A stretch of DNA of 53,078 nucleotides from Candidatus Hydrogenedentota bacterium (GCA_034669905.1 JAXMOL010000052.1:1-53078); one strand, 5' to 3'; counted from the stretch's first letter, positions 1 to 9,959 are shown. A program made the numbers and translations. The notes: generated from the sequence alone by a model not told the origin.

Positions 1-395
1 TCCGGCTCCGCCGGTTCGTGTGCATGGAGCGACAATGACTGGATGGAAGGTAAAGTGTATTTGCTCGGGCGTGCCATTGGTAATAGACGTGCGGCTTGTG
101 GAAGTATCTGATGCAGGCCAACGTAGTCTATGAATCCACGCACACGAACCGGCAGGGCCGGATCGCGTGGCACGAGTAGTTTTTATTGTTCTGGTGGCAG
201 TCGGTGTGGATGGCACGAAAATGACTGTAGGTCCTACAAAGTGTAATGGCTCGGGCGCGCCATTCGTGATAGACCTGCCGCTTGTGGAAGTATCTGTTGC
301 AGACCAACGTAGTCCGTGAATCCACGCACACGAACCGGCGGAGCCGGATCGCGTGGCAGGGGTAGTTTTTATTATGCTGGTGGGAGTCGGTGTGG
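1..395. repeat. REP/BIME-like array: 186-bp tandem duplication (34-209, 220-395) containing REP hairpins, plus an inverted REP at 1-30 (truncated by the window edge)
   Basis: gaatccacgcacacgaaccggc..ccggatcgcgtggca occurs at 132 and 318 (period 186). Bases 1-30 are the reverse complement of the same motif. Directly upstream of a RAYT. Confidence 0.9.
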
Positions 396-525
396 GTGCG
401 ATGGTTGGTAATTTGTCTGGCCTGGCGTTGAGCGTTTCTATCACAGCGCACCTCGTTCTCACCGTGACACGAAGTCTAACTATTTCTATAACTAACACCG
501 GGGTAGTGCTATCAGGGAGGCGGCA

Positions 526-1095
526 ATGTCGGATGAAAACCACCTGCGCCGTCGGACCCATCGTCCACAGAATACACCGGGGGAGGCCCACTTTCTGACC
601 TTCTCCTGCTACCGAAAACGATCCTTTCTCGCACGGGACCGTACCCGGATCTATTTCCTCAAAGCCCTTGAGCGGGCGCGACGTAACCACCACTTCCACC
701 TCTGGGCCTACGTGATCATGCCCAATCACGTGCATCTCCTGATATATCCTCAGCGTGAGGTATACGACATGGCCGCCATCGAAACGAGCATCAAACTCTC
801 CGTTTCACGACGGGCCATGGACTATCTCCGAACGCATAATCCGGAAGGCCTCCGTGTGCTCGCCACGGGACAAAAGCACACCCCCTATCGTTTCTGGACG
901 TCCGGCAATGGGTACGACGAAAACGTGGTGTCCCATGAAGCGGCCTACGCTATTGGCCAGTATATCCATGAGAACCCAGTTCGAGCGGGGCTGTGCGATG
1001 CCCCCGACGCGTGGGCCTGGTCCAGCGCACGGGAATGGGCCCAGGAAGGCAGCGGACCGATTTCGATAGACCGTGACTCCTTCCCCTGGGGATGA
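526..1095 (+). CDS. rayT: REP-associated tyrosine transposase (RAYT; Y1_Tnp/IS200-like HUH family)
   Basis: N-terminal HFLTFSC, AYVIMPNHVHLL (HUH motif), RFW..GYD, YIHENPVRAGL (catalytic Tyr), WAWSSA; GGAGG RBS; adjacent REPs. Confidence 0.9.
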   Translation: MSDENHLRRRTHRPQNTPGEAHFLTFSCYRKRSFLARDRTRIYFLKALERARRNHHFHLWAYVIMPNHVHLLIYPQREVYDMAAIETSIKLSVSRRAMDYLRTHNPEGLRVLATGQKHTPYRFWTSGNGYDENVVSHEAAYAIGQYIHENPVRAGLCDAPDAWAWSSAREWAQEGSGPISIDRDSFPWG

Positions 1096-1291
1096 ATGCT
1101 TTTACCAGGGGCGCGGACGCAGTGAGGGCCACGTTAAGATCCCTCGCCTCCCTTGCCATCCCCCCCGCCAATACCCGATACTGGTCGTCCGCGTTGCCCC
1201 GGGCGCATGATCGCAAGGGGGGCGAAGGGGGGTGCGCGGGGAATCACGTGCACCTGAACTCACCACAATCCAGTATTTGCGAGGTATATCG

Positions 1292-3421
1292 ATGAAAAAT
1301 CCTATTGTTCGTGTCTTGTTGCTGCTTGCCCTGGCGGCCTTTCCGTTAACAGGCCATGCGGACATCCGCGTGGGCGCGACCATTACCGATGTGACGCCGG
1401 TTACGCTTCCGGTGTTGGTCAATGGTGGCATGTATAGCAAGAAAACCGACTACATCAAGACCCGCGTGAATGCCCGTTCGATTGTGGTGGATGATGGGGA
1501 GGAACAGTTGGCGATTGTGGTCGTTGATAGCTGCATGTTGCCCCGTCCCTTGCTGGATGAGGCCAAAGAAGGGGCGGCGGAAAAGACGGGCATTCCGGCG
1601 GACCATATTTTGATTTCGGCGACCCACGCCCACTCGGTGCCTTCCAGCATGGGTTGTCTGGGCACGGACGCGGATGAATCCTACACGCCCCTCCTCAAGC
1701 AGAAGCTGGTGGAAGCCATCCAAGGGGCGCAGAATAATCTGGAACCGGCCCAGGTGGGGTGGGCAACGGCGGATGCTTCGGAATACACGGCGCTGCGCCG
1801 TTGGTCCCTCCGGCCGGACAAGGTCCGGACCGATCCCTTCGGGAACCCGACGGTCCGTGCCACCATGCATGCGGGTAACGATTGGGATGTTTCAACGGGC
1901 GAGACCGGTCCGGAAGATCCGGACCTGTCGATGATCTCCTTCCAATCCCTTTCAGGACGGCCCATCGCGCTCCTGGCCAATTTCTCCATGCACTATTTTG
2001 GTGATACCGCGTTGGGTGCCGATTATTACGGGCTGTTCTCCAATGGCTTACAGGAGAAGCTGGGGCAGACGGATGTCGCCGAGGGGACGCCGGGCTTCGT
2101 GGCCATGATGTCCCATGGTTGTAGCGGCGACATCTGGCTCAACGACTATACCCTGCCCGAGGAAGCGCGCAAGCCCTGGAAAAACCTCGATAATTACTCC
2201 GCCGCCATGATAGATATTGCCCTGAAGGCCTACGAAGGCATCACGTATCGCGCCGATGTGGATATCGATATGGCCGAGCGGCGGCTCCCGATGAACTACC
2301 GGGTTCCCGATAAGGCACTGCTGGAGGCGTCCCAGAAGATCGTTGATGGTCTCGGTGGGGAACTTCCCAAGACGACGGAAGAGGTCTATGCCCGGGAACA
2401 GGTGCTTCTGCATGAACGGCAATCGACGGAGATTGTCGTGCAGGCCCTGCGCATTGGGGATATCGCCATCGCCACGACGCCGACGGAGACCTACGCCCTG
2501 ACCGGATTGAAACTTAAGCTGCAGAGTCCCCTCCCGAAAACGATGGTCATCGAATTGGCCAACGGCGGCGACGGCTACATTCCGCCCCCCGAGCAACACC
2601 ATCTCGGTGGCTACAACACCTGGCCCGCCCGCTCCGCAGGGTTGGAGCTCCAAGCGGAGCCTAAGATCGTCGAAGCGGACTTACAGCTCTTGGAAAAGGT
2701 TGCCAGCGCACCCCGGCGCAACTATCAGCAGAGCCAGGGGCCTGCCGCGCAGGGTGTTTTGGCCACCAAGCCGAATGCCTATTGGCGCATGGACAACATG
2801 GGCGGTACCCACATTGCCGATGTCTCTGGAAATCATATCAGCGGCTTCTATGAGCCGGGCATGTGTTACTTCCTGGAAGGCCCTCTGTCGGACCAGTTCA
2901 ACACGGACGGCGAAGTGAATCGCGCCGCCCATTTCGTGGGCGGGCGGATGAAAGCCCACGTCCCGGACCTGGGCAATCAATACAGCCTTTCCCTCTGGTT
3001 CTGGAACGGCATGCCCACCGACGCCCGACCCATCAGCGGTTGGATGTTCTCCCGCGGTCACGATTTCGGACTGGATCCCAAGGGTGACTATCTGGGACTC
3101 GGCGGAATGGAGCATGCCGGGAAGCTGGTTTTCCTGAATGGCAGCGACGAAAGCAAGGTCATCGTGGGTAAAACAGCCGCAGAACGCTGGACCTGGAATC
3201 ACGCCGTCCTGGTTCGTGATGGACAGCAGGTGCGGGTCTACCTGAACGGCGCACTGGAAATCGAGACCACCCTGGCGGAGGACGTCCCGCTTACCAGCGA
3301 CGAGCTCTTTGTCGGTGGCAGAACGGATAACCAGTCCAACTGGGAAGGTCGACTCGATGAGGTTGCGGTTTTCGATCGTTCGTTGACCCCGGCGGAAGTC
3401 GAGACGCTTGCCGCGAAGTAG
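1292..3421 (+). CDS. Secreted neutral/alkaline ceramidase-like protein with C-terminal LamG-like (ConA/jelly-roll) domain
   Basis: Signal peptide; ILISATHAHS, ANFSMH, LANGGDGYIP, GGYNT motifs; C-terminal WNHAVLVRDG..VYLNG..GRLDEVAVFDRSLT. ATG at 1292 follows GAGG. Confidence 0.8.
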   Translation: MKNPIVRVLLLLALAAFPLTGHADIRVGATITDVTPVTLPVLVNGGMYSKKTDYIKTRVNARSIVVDDGEEQLAIVVVDSCMLPRPLLDEAKEGAAEKTGIPADHILISATHAHSVPSSMGCLGTDADESYTPLLKQKLVEAIQGAQNNLEPAQVGWATADASEYTALRRWSLRPDKVRTDPFGNPTVRATMHAGNDWDVSTGETGPEDPDLSMISFQSLSGRPIALLANFSMHYFGDTALGADYYGLFSNGLQEKLGQTDVAEGTPGFVAMMSHGCSGDIWLNDYTLPEEARKPWKNLDNYSAAMIDIALKAYEGITYRADVDIDMAERRLPMNYRVPDKALLEASQKIVDGLGGELPKTTEEVYAREQVLLHERQSTEIVVQALRIGDIAIATTPTETYALTGLKLKLQSPLPKTMVIELANGGDGYIPPPEQHHLGGYNTWPARSAGLELQAEPKIVEADLQLLEKVASAPRRNYQQSQGPAAQGVLATKPNAYWRMDNMGGTHIADVSGNHISGFYEPGMCYFLEGPLSDQFNTDGEVNRAAHFVGGRMKAHVPDLGNQYSLSLWFWNGMPTDARPISGWMFSRGHDFGLDPKGDYLGLGGMEHAGKLVFLNGSDESKVIVGKTAAERWTWNHAVLVRDGQQVRVYLNGALEIETTLAEDVPLTSDELFVGGRTDNQSNWEGRLDEVAVFDRSLTPAEVETLAAK

Positions 3422-3467
3422 TTCGCCTGCCTCACGGACGAAATTCGCATTGACAATAAAAACCACA

Positions 3468-3505
3468 CGCCCCGCCGGAGTTTTTCGGTGGGGCGATTCT
3501 AATTT
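3468..3505 (+). terminator. Probable intrinsic terminator
   Basis: cgccccgccgga-gttt-ttcggtggggcg hairpin followed by a T-rich tract, after the stop at 3421. Confidence 0.5.
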
Positions 3506-3653
3506 GGTGGGTGGCGACCCTTCGTGCAAGAACTCAAATGATTCTACATTGCCGTAGGATATTCACCCACGATACGACTGGTTGGATTTTGTCTGAAGCG
3601 AAAGGCATGTAGAGGCCTGGTAACCAAACTTCGAGCGCAATAAGTATGTCTAC

Positions 3654-3867
3654 CTCGTGCCACGCGATCCGGTCCTGCCGGTTCGTGTGCATGGAGCGTT
3701 GTTGATGGGGTATCAGGCAAGTCATATAGATGGGGGCGTGTAGTCCAAGGGAGACGGTGCGCTTTCCGACGTAGCTGATGTTGGCGCACGTAGGCTGCGA
3801 ATCCACGTACACGAATTCTCCTCCGGCGAATCTTCGACACGGCGCGGCCGGATCGCTTGGCACGAGC
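3654..3867. repeat. Inverted REP pair (REPIN-like doublet)
   Basis: ctcgtgccacgcgatccggtcctgccggttcgtgtgcatggagc (3654-3697) and an inverted copy at 3799-3867. The ~100-bp spacer resembles that at 31-131. Confidence 0.85.
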
Positions 3868-4316
3868 ACGTTTTTTTGGTCGTGCTTCAGCGGAGGGAGC
3901 TTGTGGCACGAACTACTTTCGCCGTCGGGCCAACCGCCCACAAATCACACGGGGAGAGCACCACTATCTCACATTTTCCGTTTCCGGAAACGCCTTTTTT
4001 GCGTCCGACTAAGGCCGGCCGAGTCTTATGAGAGACCAAGAGCGCTCTACCCGCTAACCTACCCGCGAAAGAAACGAAACCAAGACAAAAAACTGCGATT
4101 GGGGTACAATGAGACAGTAGATCCCGTTGTGAATGTGCCGAAAGGCGGGCACCCTCGGTTTATGCACCAAAGTCGTGATGGTACTCAACCGTACTCCCGG
4201 CTCATGCTTCGCCCGCTATAGGCGCTGGTCCAACCCACAAAATCGCCGATGGTCCATTCAGCGCTCGGACACGTTGTTTCGGGACTGAGGGCTTGGCGGA
4301 TGGGAGCGCGTTCTTG

Positions 4317-4991
4317 ATGAAATGGATACACCGCACTACGGCAATCATCTTCCTCCTCGCGATTGGGTGTCTTGATGCCTACGCTCATCGGCCTGTCGTT
4401 ATCAACGGGGGACCGACCAACTTCGAAACCGCCCACCTCGTCTCCGATCCCGGAATCTCGTATGTCGGCTACCACGAAGGAACCCCCGAGGCACCGGAAT
4501 TGTGGTTTAGCTTCGAGGTCGAGGAAGGTACCTCACTCTTTATGCAGCCTGGCGTGCCCGAGATCACGCGCTACCGAAGCCTCCGGCCGTCGCTGGTCCT
4601 GCTGGGGCCTGGTTTGCCATCGGTAGACGTGCCTTTCGACATTCCTGCGGGTTATGGTGGCCAGATCTTCTCCTCGGAAGGGGAGGAGCCGGTCGTTTTT
4701 GAGGAGGAATTCACCGGCACAAGCTCTTGGCAATTCCCGTCCACGCGACTGCAGGTCCCCGAAAGCGGCCGCTACTACCTTGTGGGTTTCGTGCCCAGCG
4801 GCGAGAATGGCAAGTTCTGGGTTGCGCTCGGAGAGAAGGAAGCCTTCGGCATCCAAGACATCGTGACGTTGCCTCGGACGCTCATTCAGGTCCGCCAGTT
4901 TCACGAGGTGTTTCCAATAGGCGGAATTCTTGGATGGGTCCTCCTGCTCATGATAGCCTTGCTTGTCGGACTTGTTGCTCAGTTTTTGTGA
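4317..4991 (+). CDS. Hypothetical exported protein with C-terminal membrane anchor
   Basis: Signal peptide ending AYA-H; C-terminal hydrophobic helix. Confidence 0.7.
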   Translation: MKWIHRTTAIIFLLAIGCLDAYAHRPVVINGGPTNFETAHLVSDPGISYVGYHEGTPEAPELWFSFEVEEGTSLFMQPGVPEITRYRSLRPSLVLLGPGLPSVDVPFDIPAGYGGQIFSSEGEEPVVFEEEFTGTSSWQFPSTRLQVPESGRYYLVGFVPSGENGKFWVALGEKEAFGIQDIVTLPRTLIQVRQFHEVFPIGGILGWVLLLMIALLVGLVAQFL

Positions 4992-5242
4992 GATGGCGGA
5001 GTAAGCGCTTTCAAGCCAGCCCACCAATTTGTACCCACGCCCCCCGCACGACGTATTATAGAACTATAGCTGGAGAGATGGCGCAAGTCTCCAACGGGGA
5101 GATGAGGTGCCGTGCAAGAGGGTCCCTTATGCCGTTATTGCCTTCGTGGGCAGCTGCCAGGGCTGGCCTGCCGGGTCGGTACGGTTTATACTGACGGTTA
5201 ATACGCACCATCTATGTTCGAAATTTGTAGCGAGGTAGTCCC

Positions 5243-8059
5243 GTGAGAGCGTTAACGCTGGTTGGTTGTTTTTGTTTGTCCACTGTGGCAGCGGTGGGGG
5301 ACGCGTCCCCTTCGTTCAGCCGGGATATTCATCCCATCCTTTCTGACAAATGCTTCGGCTGTCATGGCCCCAGCGCGTCGGACCGCAAAGGCAAGTTGCG
5401 CTTGGATGTGCCCGATGGCGAGTTTGGCGCGCTGACGCCCCGGGGCGATGACTTCATCGTGAAGCCGGGCAGTCCTGAGGAAAGCGAACTGTGGCGTCGC
5501 ATTACGACCGATGACCCCGATGACCTCATGCCGCCGGAGGAATCCCACAAGGCGCCCCTCGACGCCGACGAGCAGGCGCTGATTCGCCAGTGGATCCTGG
5601 ATGGCGGGGAATACCAGCCCTTCTGGTCTTTCATCCCGCCGAAACGGGCCCCGGTGACGCCCCTGCAGAATGCGGTCTGGAGCGAACACCCCATCGACCA
5701 GCGGGTCATGGCGCGCCTCGAAGCCGAAGGCCTCACGCCCAAGGCCGAAGCGGACAAGCGGACCCTCCTCCGTCGGATTACCTTTGACCTCACGGGCCTG
5801 CCGCCGACCCTCGAAGAAATTGACGCCTTCCTCGCCGACGAACGCCCCGATGCCTATGAGCGCGTCGTGGACGAGCTCCTGTCCCGTCCGTCCTACGGCG
5901 AACACATGACACGCTATTGGGCCGACCTCGTCCGCCTCGCCGATACGAATGGGATGCACAAGGATTTTCCCCGGGACTTTACGACCTACCGGGACTGGTT
6001 GATTCGCTCCTTCAACAACAACCTCCCTTACGATGAATTCCTGACGTATCAGCTGGCGGGCGATCTCTACGCCGAGCCGACGCAGGACCAGCTCGTGGCG
6101 TCGGGCTTTAACCGGCTCCACCTGATCATTGACGTGGGTACGGCCCTGCCGGAGGAGAGTCTCCACAAGAACATCCTGGACCGGGTGGCGGCTTTCGGAA
6201 CGACCTTTCTTGGGCTCACCGTGCAGTGCGCCCAGTGCCACGATCATAAATATGACCCCATCAGCCAGAAAGAGTTTTTTCAGTTCTACGCCTTCTTCAA
6301 TAATTTCGATGGAGAACCCGAGACGACACGCCGTCCGGAGCGGGGTCTTCAGCCACCCTTCATCTACCTCACCAACGATGCGCAAGAACAGCAACTGGCC
6401 GCATACGACGCGGACCAGGCGCGGCTCAAGGCCATCCGCGAGGCCATCGTCGGTCGTCAGGACGGCGCGAATGCCTGGCCTGAGAATACGGACGAGCCCG
6501 CGCCCTGGATTTGGAATGACCCGGCACAGAAATCCGAATCCGTGGAGTTCCGTCGCATCGTCTCCTTTGACACGGAGCCCGCGAAAGCCCGTGTGCGTTT
6601 CGCGGGAATGGGAACAGCCGAGCTACGGCTCAATGGCACCTTCCTCGGCGAAGCCATCGGATCCAACCAGGGTGTCGCGGCCGATGTGGCAGGCCTGTTG
6701 ATGCCGGGTGAAAATATCTTCACCGCAACCGCCAAGGGGCCGGCTGGCTTCGCCTTCCTCATGGATTATGAAGTAGACGGCACCATTCAAACCGTGACTT
6801 CCCGCGATGCCTGGGAAGTGCGCGCCGCAACGGAAGGCCCCTGGCAGTCCGCCGTGGTGGTCCACGGGCCTGAGCACGAAAAAGACTGGCCGACGAAAAC
6901 GATGCCCGAAAATATCGCCCGCCTCGCACGAGCGGAGGAGGCCATCGCGGCAGAGCGGAAGGCTTTCCTCGACACTATCCCGGCGGCCATGGTCATGCGT
7001 GAGAAAGAGCCGCCCCGCCCGGCAACGATGTTAATTCGAGGCGAATATGATGCACCTGGCGAGCCGGTGGAGCGGGCCACCCCGGAATTTCTGCCCGCCC
7101 TCTACCAGAAAGAAGAACGTTATACCCGGATGGATTTGGCGAAGTGGCTGGTGGCGCCGGAGCACCCGCTCACGGCCCGCGTGGCAGTGAACCGCTTCTG
7201 GCAGCAACTTTTTGGCGTGGGGCTGGTGAAGACCTCCGAAGACTTCGGCGCCCAGGGTGAGCCACCGAGCCACCCGGATTTGCTCGATGACCTGGCCCTG
7301 GATTTCATTGCTTCTGGCTGGGATGTGAAGGCCCTCATGCGCCACATGGTCTTGTCCAAAACCTACCGCCAGTCCTCCGATGCGTCCCCCGAAGAATTTC
7401 GTCGTGACCCCGAAAACCGGTTGCTCGCCCGGGGCGCGCGCTACCGCATGGATGCGGAGATGATTCGCGATCAGATCCTGGCGGTCAGTGGACAACTCAA
7501 TACCACCATGTATGGCGGCAGCGTAAAACCACCCCAGCCGCCGGGGCTATGGGAAATGGTCAGCATGGCCGAGCCCATGACCTATGTGGCCGACACCGAC
7601 GAGAATATCTACCGGCGCAGCCTCTACACCTATTGGCGCCGGGGCATGCCGCCGCCTCAATTGACCATTATGAACGCCCCGACCCGCGAGTTTTGCGTGG
7701 CCCGGCGTGAGCGTACCAATACGCCCCTTCAGTCGCTTCTGCTGATGAACGAGCAGGAATACTTTAAGGCGGCCCGGGCCTGTGTGGAGTCGACGGTGAC
7801 CGAGGAGATGAGCACGGAAGCAGGCTTGCGCCGGATTTACGAGCGAATAACCAGTCAGGTGCCCACGCCCGAGCGTCTTCAACTCATGGTGACGACACTG
7901 GATGAATTCAAAGGCCTCTACGAGCAAGACCCGTCATTGGCGGAGTTGGTCGTGCCCGCCCAAACCGACGTTTCGGAAGGGGAGCGGGTGGAGCTGGCGG
8001 CATGGACCATGCTGACCCACAGCGTATTAAATATCGAACTGGCAAAGGTAAGACGATGA
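5243..8059 (+). CDS. Planctomycete-type cytochrome c / DUF1549 / DUF1553 (PSCyt1-PSCyt2-PSD1) protein
   Basis: F.RDI.PILSDKCFGCHGP, LLRRITFDLTGLPPT, CAQCHDHKYDPI, HPLTARVAVNRFWQQLFGVGLV, RRSLYTYWRR. Confidence 0.92.
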   Translation: MRALTLVGCFCLSTVAAVGDASPSFSRDIHPILSDKCFGCHGPSASDRKGKLRLDVPDGEFGALTPRGDDFIVKPGSPEESELWRRITTDDPDDLMPPEESHKAPLDADEQALIRQWILDGGEYQPFWSFIPPKRAPVTPLQNAVWSEHPIDQRVMARLEAEGLTPKAEADKRTLLRRITFDLTGLPPTLEEIDAFLADERPDAYERVVDELLSRPSYGEHMTRYWADLVRLADTNGMHKDFPRDFTTYRDWLIRSFNNNLPYDEFLTYQLAGDLYAEPTQDQLVASGFNRLHLIIDVGTALPEESLHKNILDRVAAFGTTFLGLTVQCAQCHDHKYDPISQKEFFQFYAFFNNFDGEPETTRRPERGLQPPFIYLTNDAQEQQLAAYDADQARLKAIREAIVGRQDGANAWPENTDEPAPWIWNDPAQKSESVEFRRIVSFDTEPAKARVRFAGMGTAELRLNGTFLGEAIGSNQGVAADVAGLLMPGENIFTATAKGPAGFAFLMDYEVDGTIQTVTSRDAWEVRAATEGPWQSAVVVHGPEHEKDWPTKTMPENIARLARAEEAIAAERKAFLDTIPAAMVMREKEPPRPATMLIRGEYDAPGEPVERATPEFLPALYQKEERYTRMDLAKWLVAPEHPLTARVAVNRFWQQLFGVGLVKTSEDFGAQGEPPSHPDLLDDLALDFIASGWDVKALMRHMVLSKTYRQSSDASPEEFRRDPENRLLARGARYRMDAEMIRDQILAVSGQLNTTMYGGSVKPPQPPGLWEMVSMAEPMTYVADTDENIYRRSLYTYWRRGMPPPQLTIMNAPTREFCVARRERTNTPLQSLLLMNEQEYFKAARACVESTVTEEMSTEAGLRRIYERITSQVPTPERLQLMVTTLDEFKGLYEQDPSLAELVVPAQTDVSEGERVELAAWTMLTHSVLNIELAKVRR

Positions 8060-9501
8060 GCAACCGCACCTTCCAACAATTTTGCGATACCATGAACCGC
8101 CGTCAATTCATTAAGCGCGCCAGCATGGGACTTGGTGCGGCCGCCCTGAGCAGTCTGGCACCCTCCGCGCAGGCCCTGCCGGCCCCGGGTTACCATTTCA
8201 CGCCCAAGGCGAAGCGGGTCATTTTTCTCTTCATGGCGGGCGGTCCCAGTCAGCTGGACCTCTTCGACTACAAGCCCAATCTGGAGCGCCTGCACGGTCA
8301 GCCGCTGCCCCCCGAAATCAGCAACGGGCAGCGCGTAACCGCCATGACCCGGGGCAAAGAGCAGCGCATCTGTTCGTCTATCTTTAAGTTCGCGCCCCAG
8401 GGAGAGAGTGGACTCATGATGAGCGAACTCCTGCCCCACCTTTCCGCCCACGCCGATGATATCTGCATGATTAAATCCACCCACACAGGTGCCATCAACC
8501 ACGACCCCGCGAAGACGTTCTTTTGCACCGGTTCCGAGATGCCGGGCAAAGCGAGCATGGGATCCTGGCTGAGCTATGGTCTGGGCACCATGAACCGCGA
8601 CCTCCCGGATTTTATCGTGCTGACCTCGGCCTTCTGGTCGGGGAAAGTGAATGTACAGGCCCTCTACAGCCGCCTTTGGGGCACGGGTTTCCTGCCCTCC
8701 AAACACCAAGGCGTGGCCTTTCAATCGGTCGGCGACCCCGTGCTCTTTCTTTCCAATCCCCCCGGAATCAACCGGGATGCCCGTCGCAAGATGCTCGATT
8801 TCGTGGCCCAGGTCAATGCGGAACAAGCAGTGCTCACAGGGGACCCCGAGATTCAGACTTCCATCGCCCAGCAGGAGATGGCCTTCCGCATGCAGATGTC
8901 CGTGCCCGAGCTCACGGACCTGAGTGTGGAGAGCCTGGAGACCATGGCCCTGTATGGGCCCGAAGTCGAGAAGGTGGGTTCCTTCGCCCGTAACTGCCTC
9001 CTCGCCCGCCGCATGGCCGAGCGGGACGTACGGTTCATCCAGCTCTTCCATCGGGGATGGGATCACCACACCCGCTTACCGGAGAATCTCCGCGGTCAGG
9101 CCCAGGATGTGGATCAACCCATCGCAGGCTTGCTGCAGGACTTGAAACAGCGGGGCCTGCTCGACGATACCCTCGTGGTCTTCGCCGGCGAGTTCGGCCG
9201 CACCACCTATGCCCAGGGGATGAAAGAAGGGGACCGGACGGATTACGGCCGGGACCACCATCCGCGCTGCTTCACGACCTGGATGGCTGGCGGTGGCATT
9301 AAGGGCGGCATGAGCTATGGGGAGACCGACGACTTCTGCTACAACATCGTGAAGGACCCGGTACACGTCCGTGATCTCCACGCCACCATGCTGCACCAGT
9401 TGGGCATCGACCACAACAAACTGAGCTTTCCCTTCCAGGGCCTCGATCAAAAGCTCACCGGCGTGGAACCGGCCCAGGCCGTCAAGGCGATTATTGCGTA
9501 A
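8056..9501 (+). CDS. DUF1501 domain protein (Tat signal)
   Basis: NRRQFI Tat motif, AKRVIFLFMAGGPSQLDLFDYKP, GEFGRT, GRDHHP; ATGA overlap with the upstream gene. Confidence 0.92.
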   Translation: MSNRTFQQFCDTMNRRQFIKRASMGLGAAALSSLAPSAQALPAPGYHFTPKAKRVIFLFMAGGPSQLDLFDYKPNLERLHGQPLPPEISNGQRVTAMTRGKEQRICSSIFKFAPQGESGLMMSELLPHLSAHADDICMIKSTHTGAINHDPAKTFFCTGSEMPGKASMGSWLSYGLGTMNRDLPDFIVLTSAFWSGKVNVQALYSRLWGTGFLPSKHQGVAFQSVGDPVLFLSNPPGINRDARRKMLDFVAQVNAEQAVLTGDPEIQTSIAQQEMAFRMQMSVPELTDLSVESLETMALYGPEVEKVGSFARNCLLARRMAERDVRFIQLFHRGWDHHTRLPENLRGQAQDVDQPIAGLLQDLKQRGLLDDTLVVFAGEFGRTTYAQGMKEGDRTDYGRDHHPRCFTTWMAGGGIKGGMSYGETDDFCYNIVKDPVHVRDLHATMLHQLGIDHNKLSFPFQGLDQKLTGVEPAQAVKAIIA

Positions 9502-9600
9502 GCGGGGGGACTGCACCCTATGGAGCCCCGGCGGCCCGCCGGTATTCGAGCTACCGGCCCGATGACTCCGCCGTACCGCATCTGGTCCCCCAAAGAAATC

Positions 9601-9824
9601 CCTCGTGCCACGTCCACGACGCGCCGGAGGAGGGCGATGCCGAGTTCAACGAGCTTTCGTGTGCGTGGAGGCAAGGAAACATCTCTCCCGCCAAGTTCAC
9701 AACGTGAGGGCGTCTATAGAATCAGGGGGCGAGCGGGACGCCCGAATCGAATTATCCGCCACGGGCCCGCGCCAGCTGGGCTCCAGGCGCACGAACCCTC
9801 GTGCCTCGGGATCGCGCGGCACGA
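9601..9824. repeat. Inverted REP pair (degenerate REPIN-like doublet)
   Basis: gtgccacg[22-nt insert]cgatgccgag..ttcgtgtgcgtggag (9605-9670) and inverted ctccaggcgcacgaa..gatcgcgcggcacgac (9781-9824). Confidence 0.75.
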
Positions 9825-9881
9825 CCCGTTGCCCGAAATCACCTCTTCCGGTTCATAATTGCCGGTAATTGCCCATGCACC

Positions 9882-9919
9882 AAACGAAAAGGGCGAGTCC
9901 CTTCGGGGGGGACCCGCCC
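9882..9919 (-). terminator. Intrinsic terminator of the 84-aa gene
   Basis: Minus strand reads gggcgggtcccc-ccgaa-gggactcgccc followed by TTTTCGTTT. Confidence 0.6.
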
Positions 9920-9959
9920 ACGACACGTCCGGTGAAAGCGCTCCTGAACGTGGGAATCC

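Noticed and set aside
1..395. CRISPR array
   Set aside because: The inter-repeat sequence is itself duplicated, copies occur in both orientations, the period is 186 bp, and there are no cas genes. It fits REP/BIME instead.
128..598. ORFs 128-451 (-) and 353-598 (+)
   Set aside because: They are read-through of repeat DNA with no recognisable domains.
3534..4221. Several 120-147-aa ORFs
   Set aside because: They overlap the REP doublet, have atypical composition and lack an RBS.
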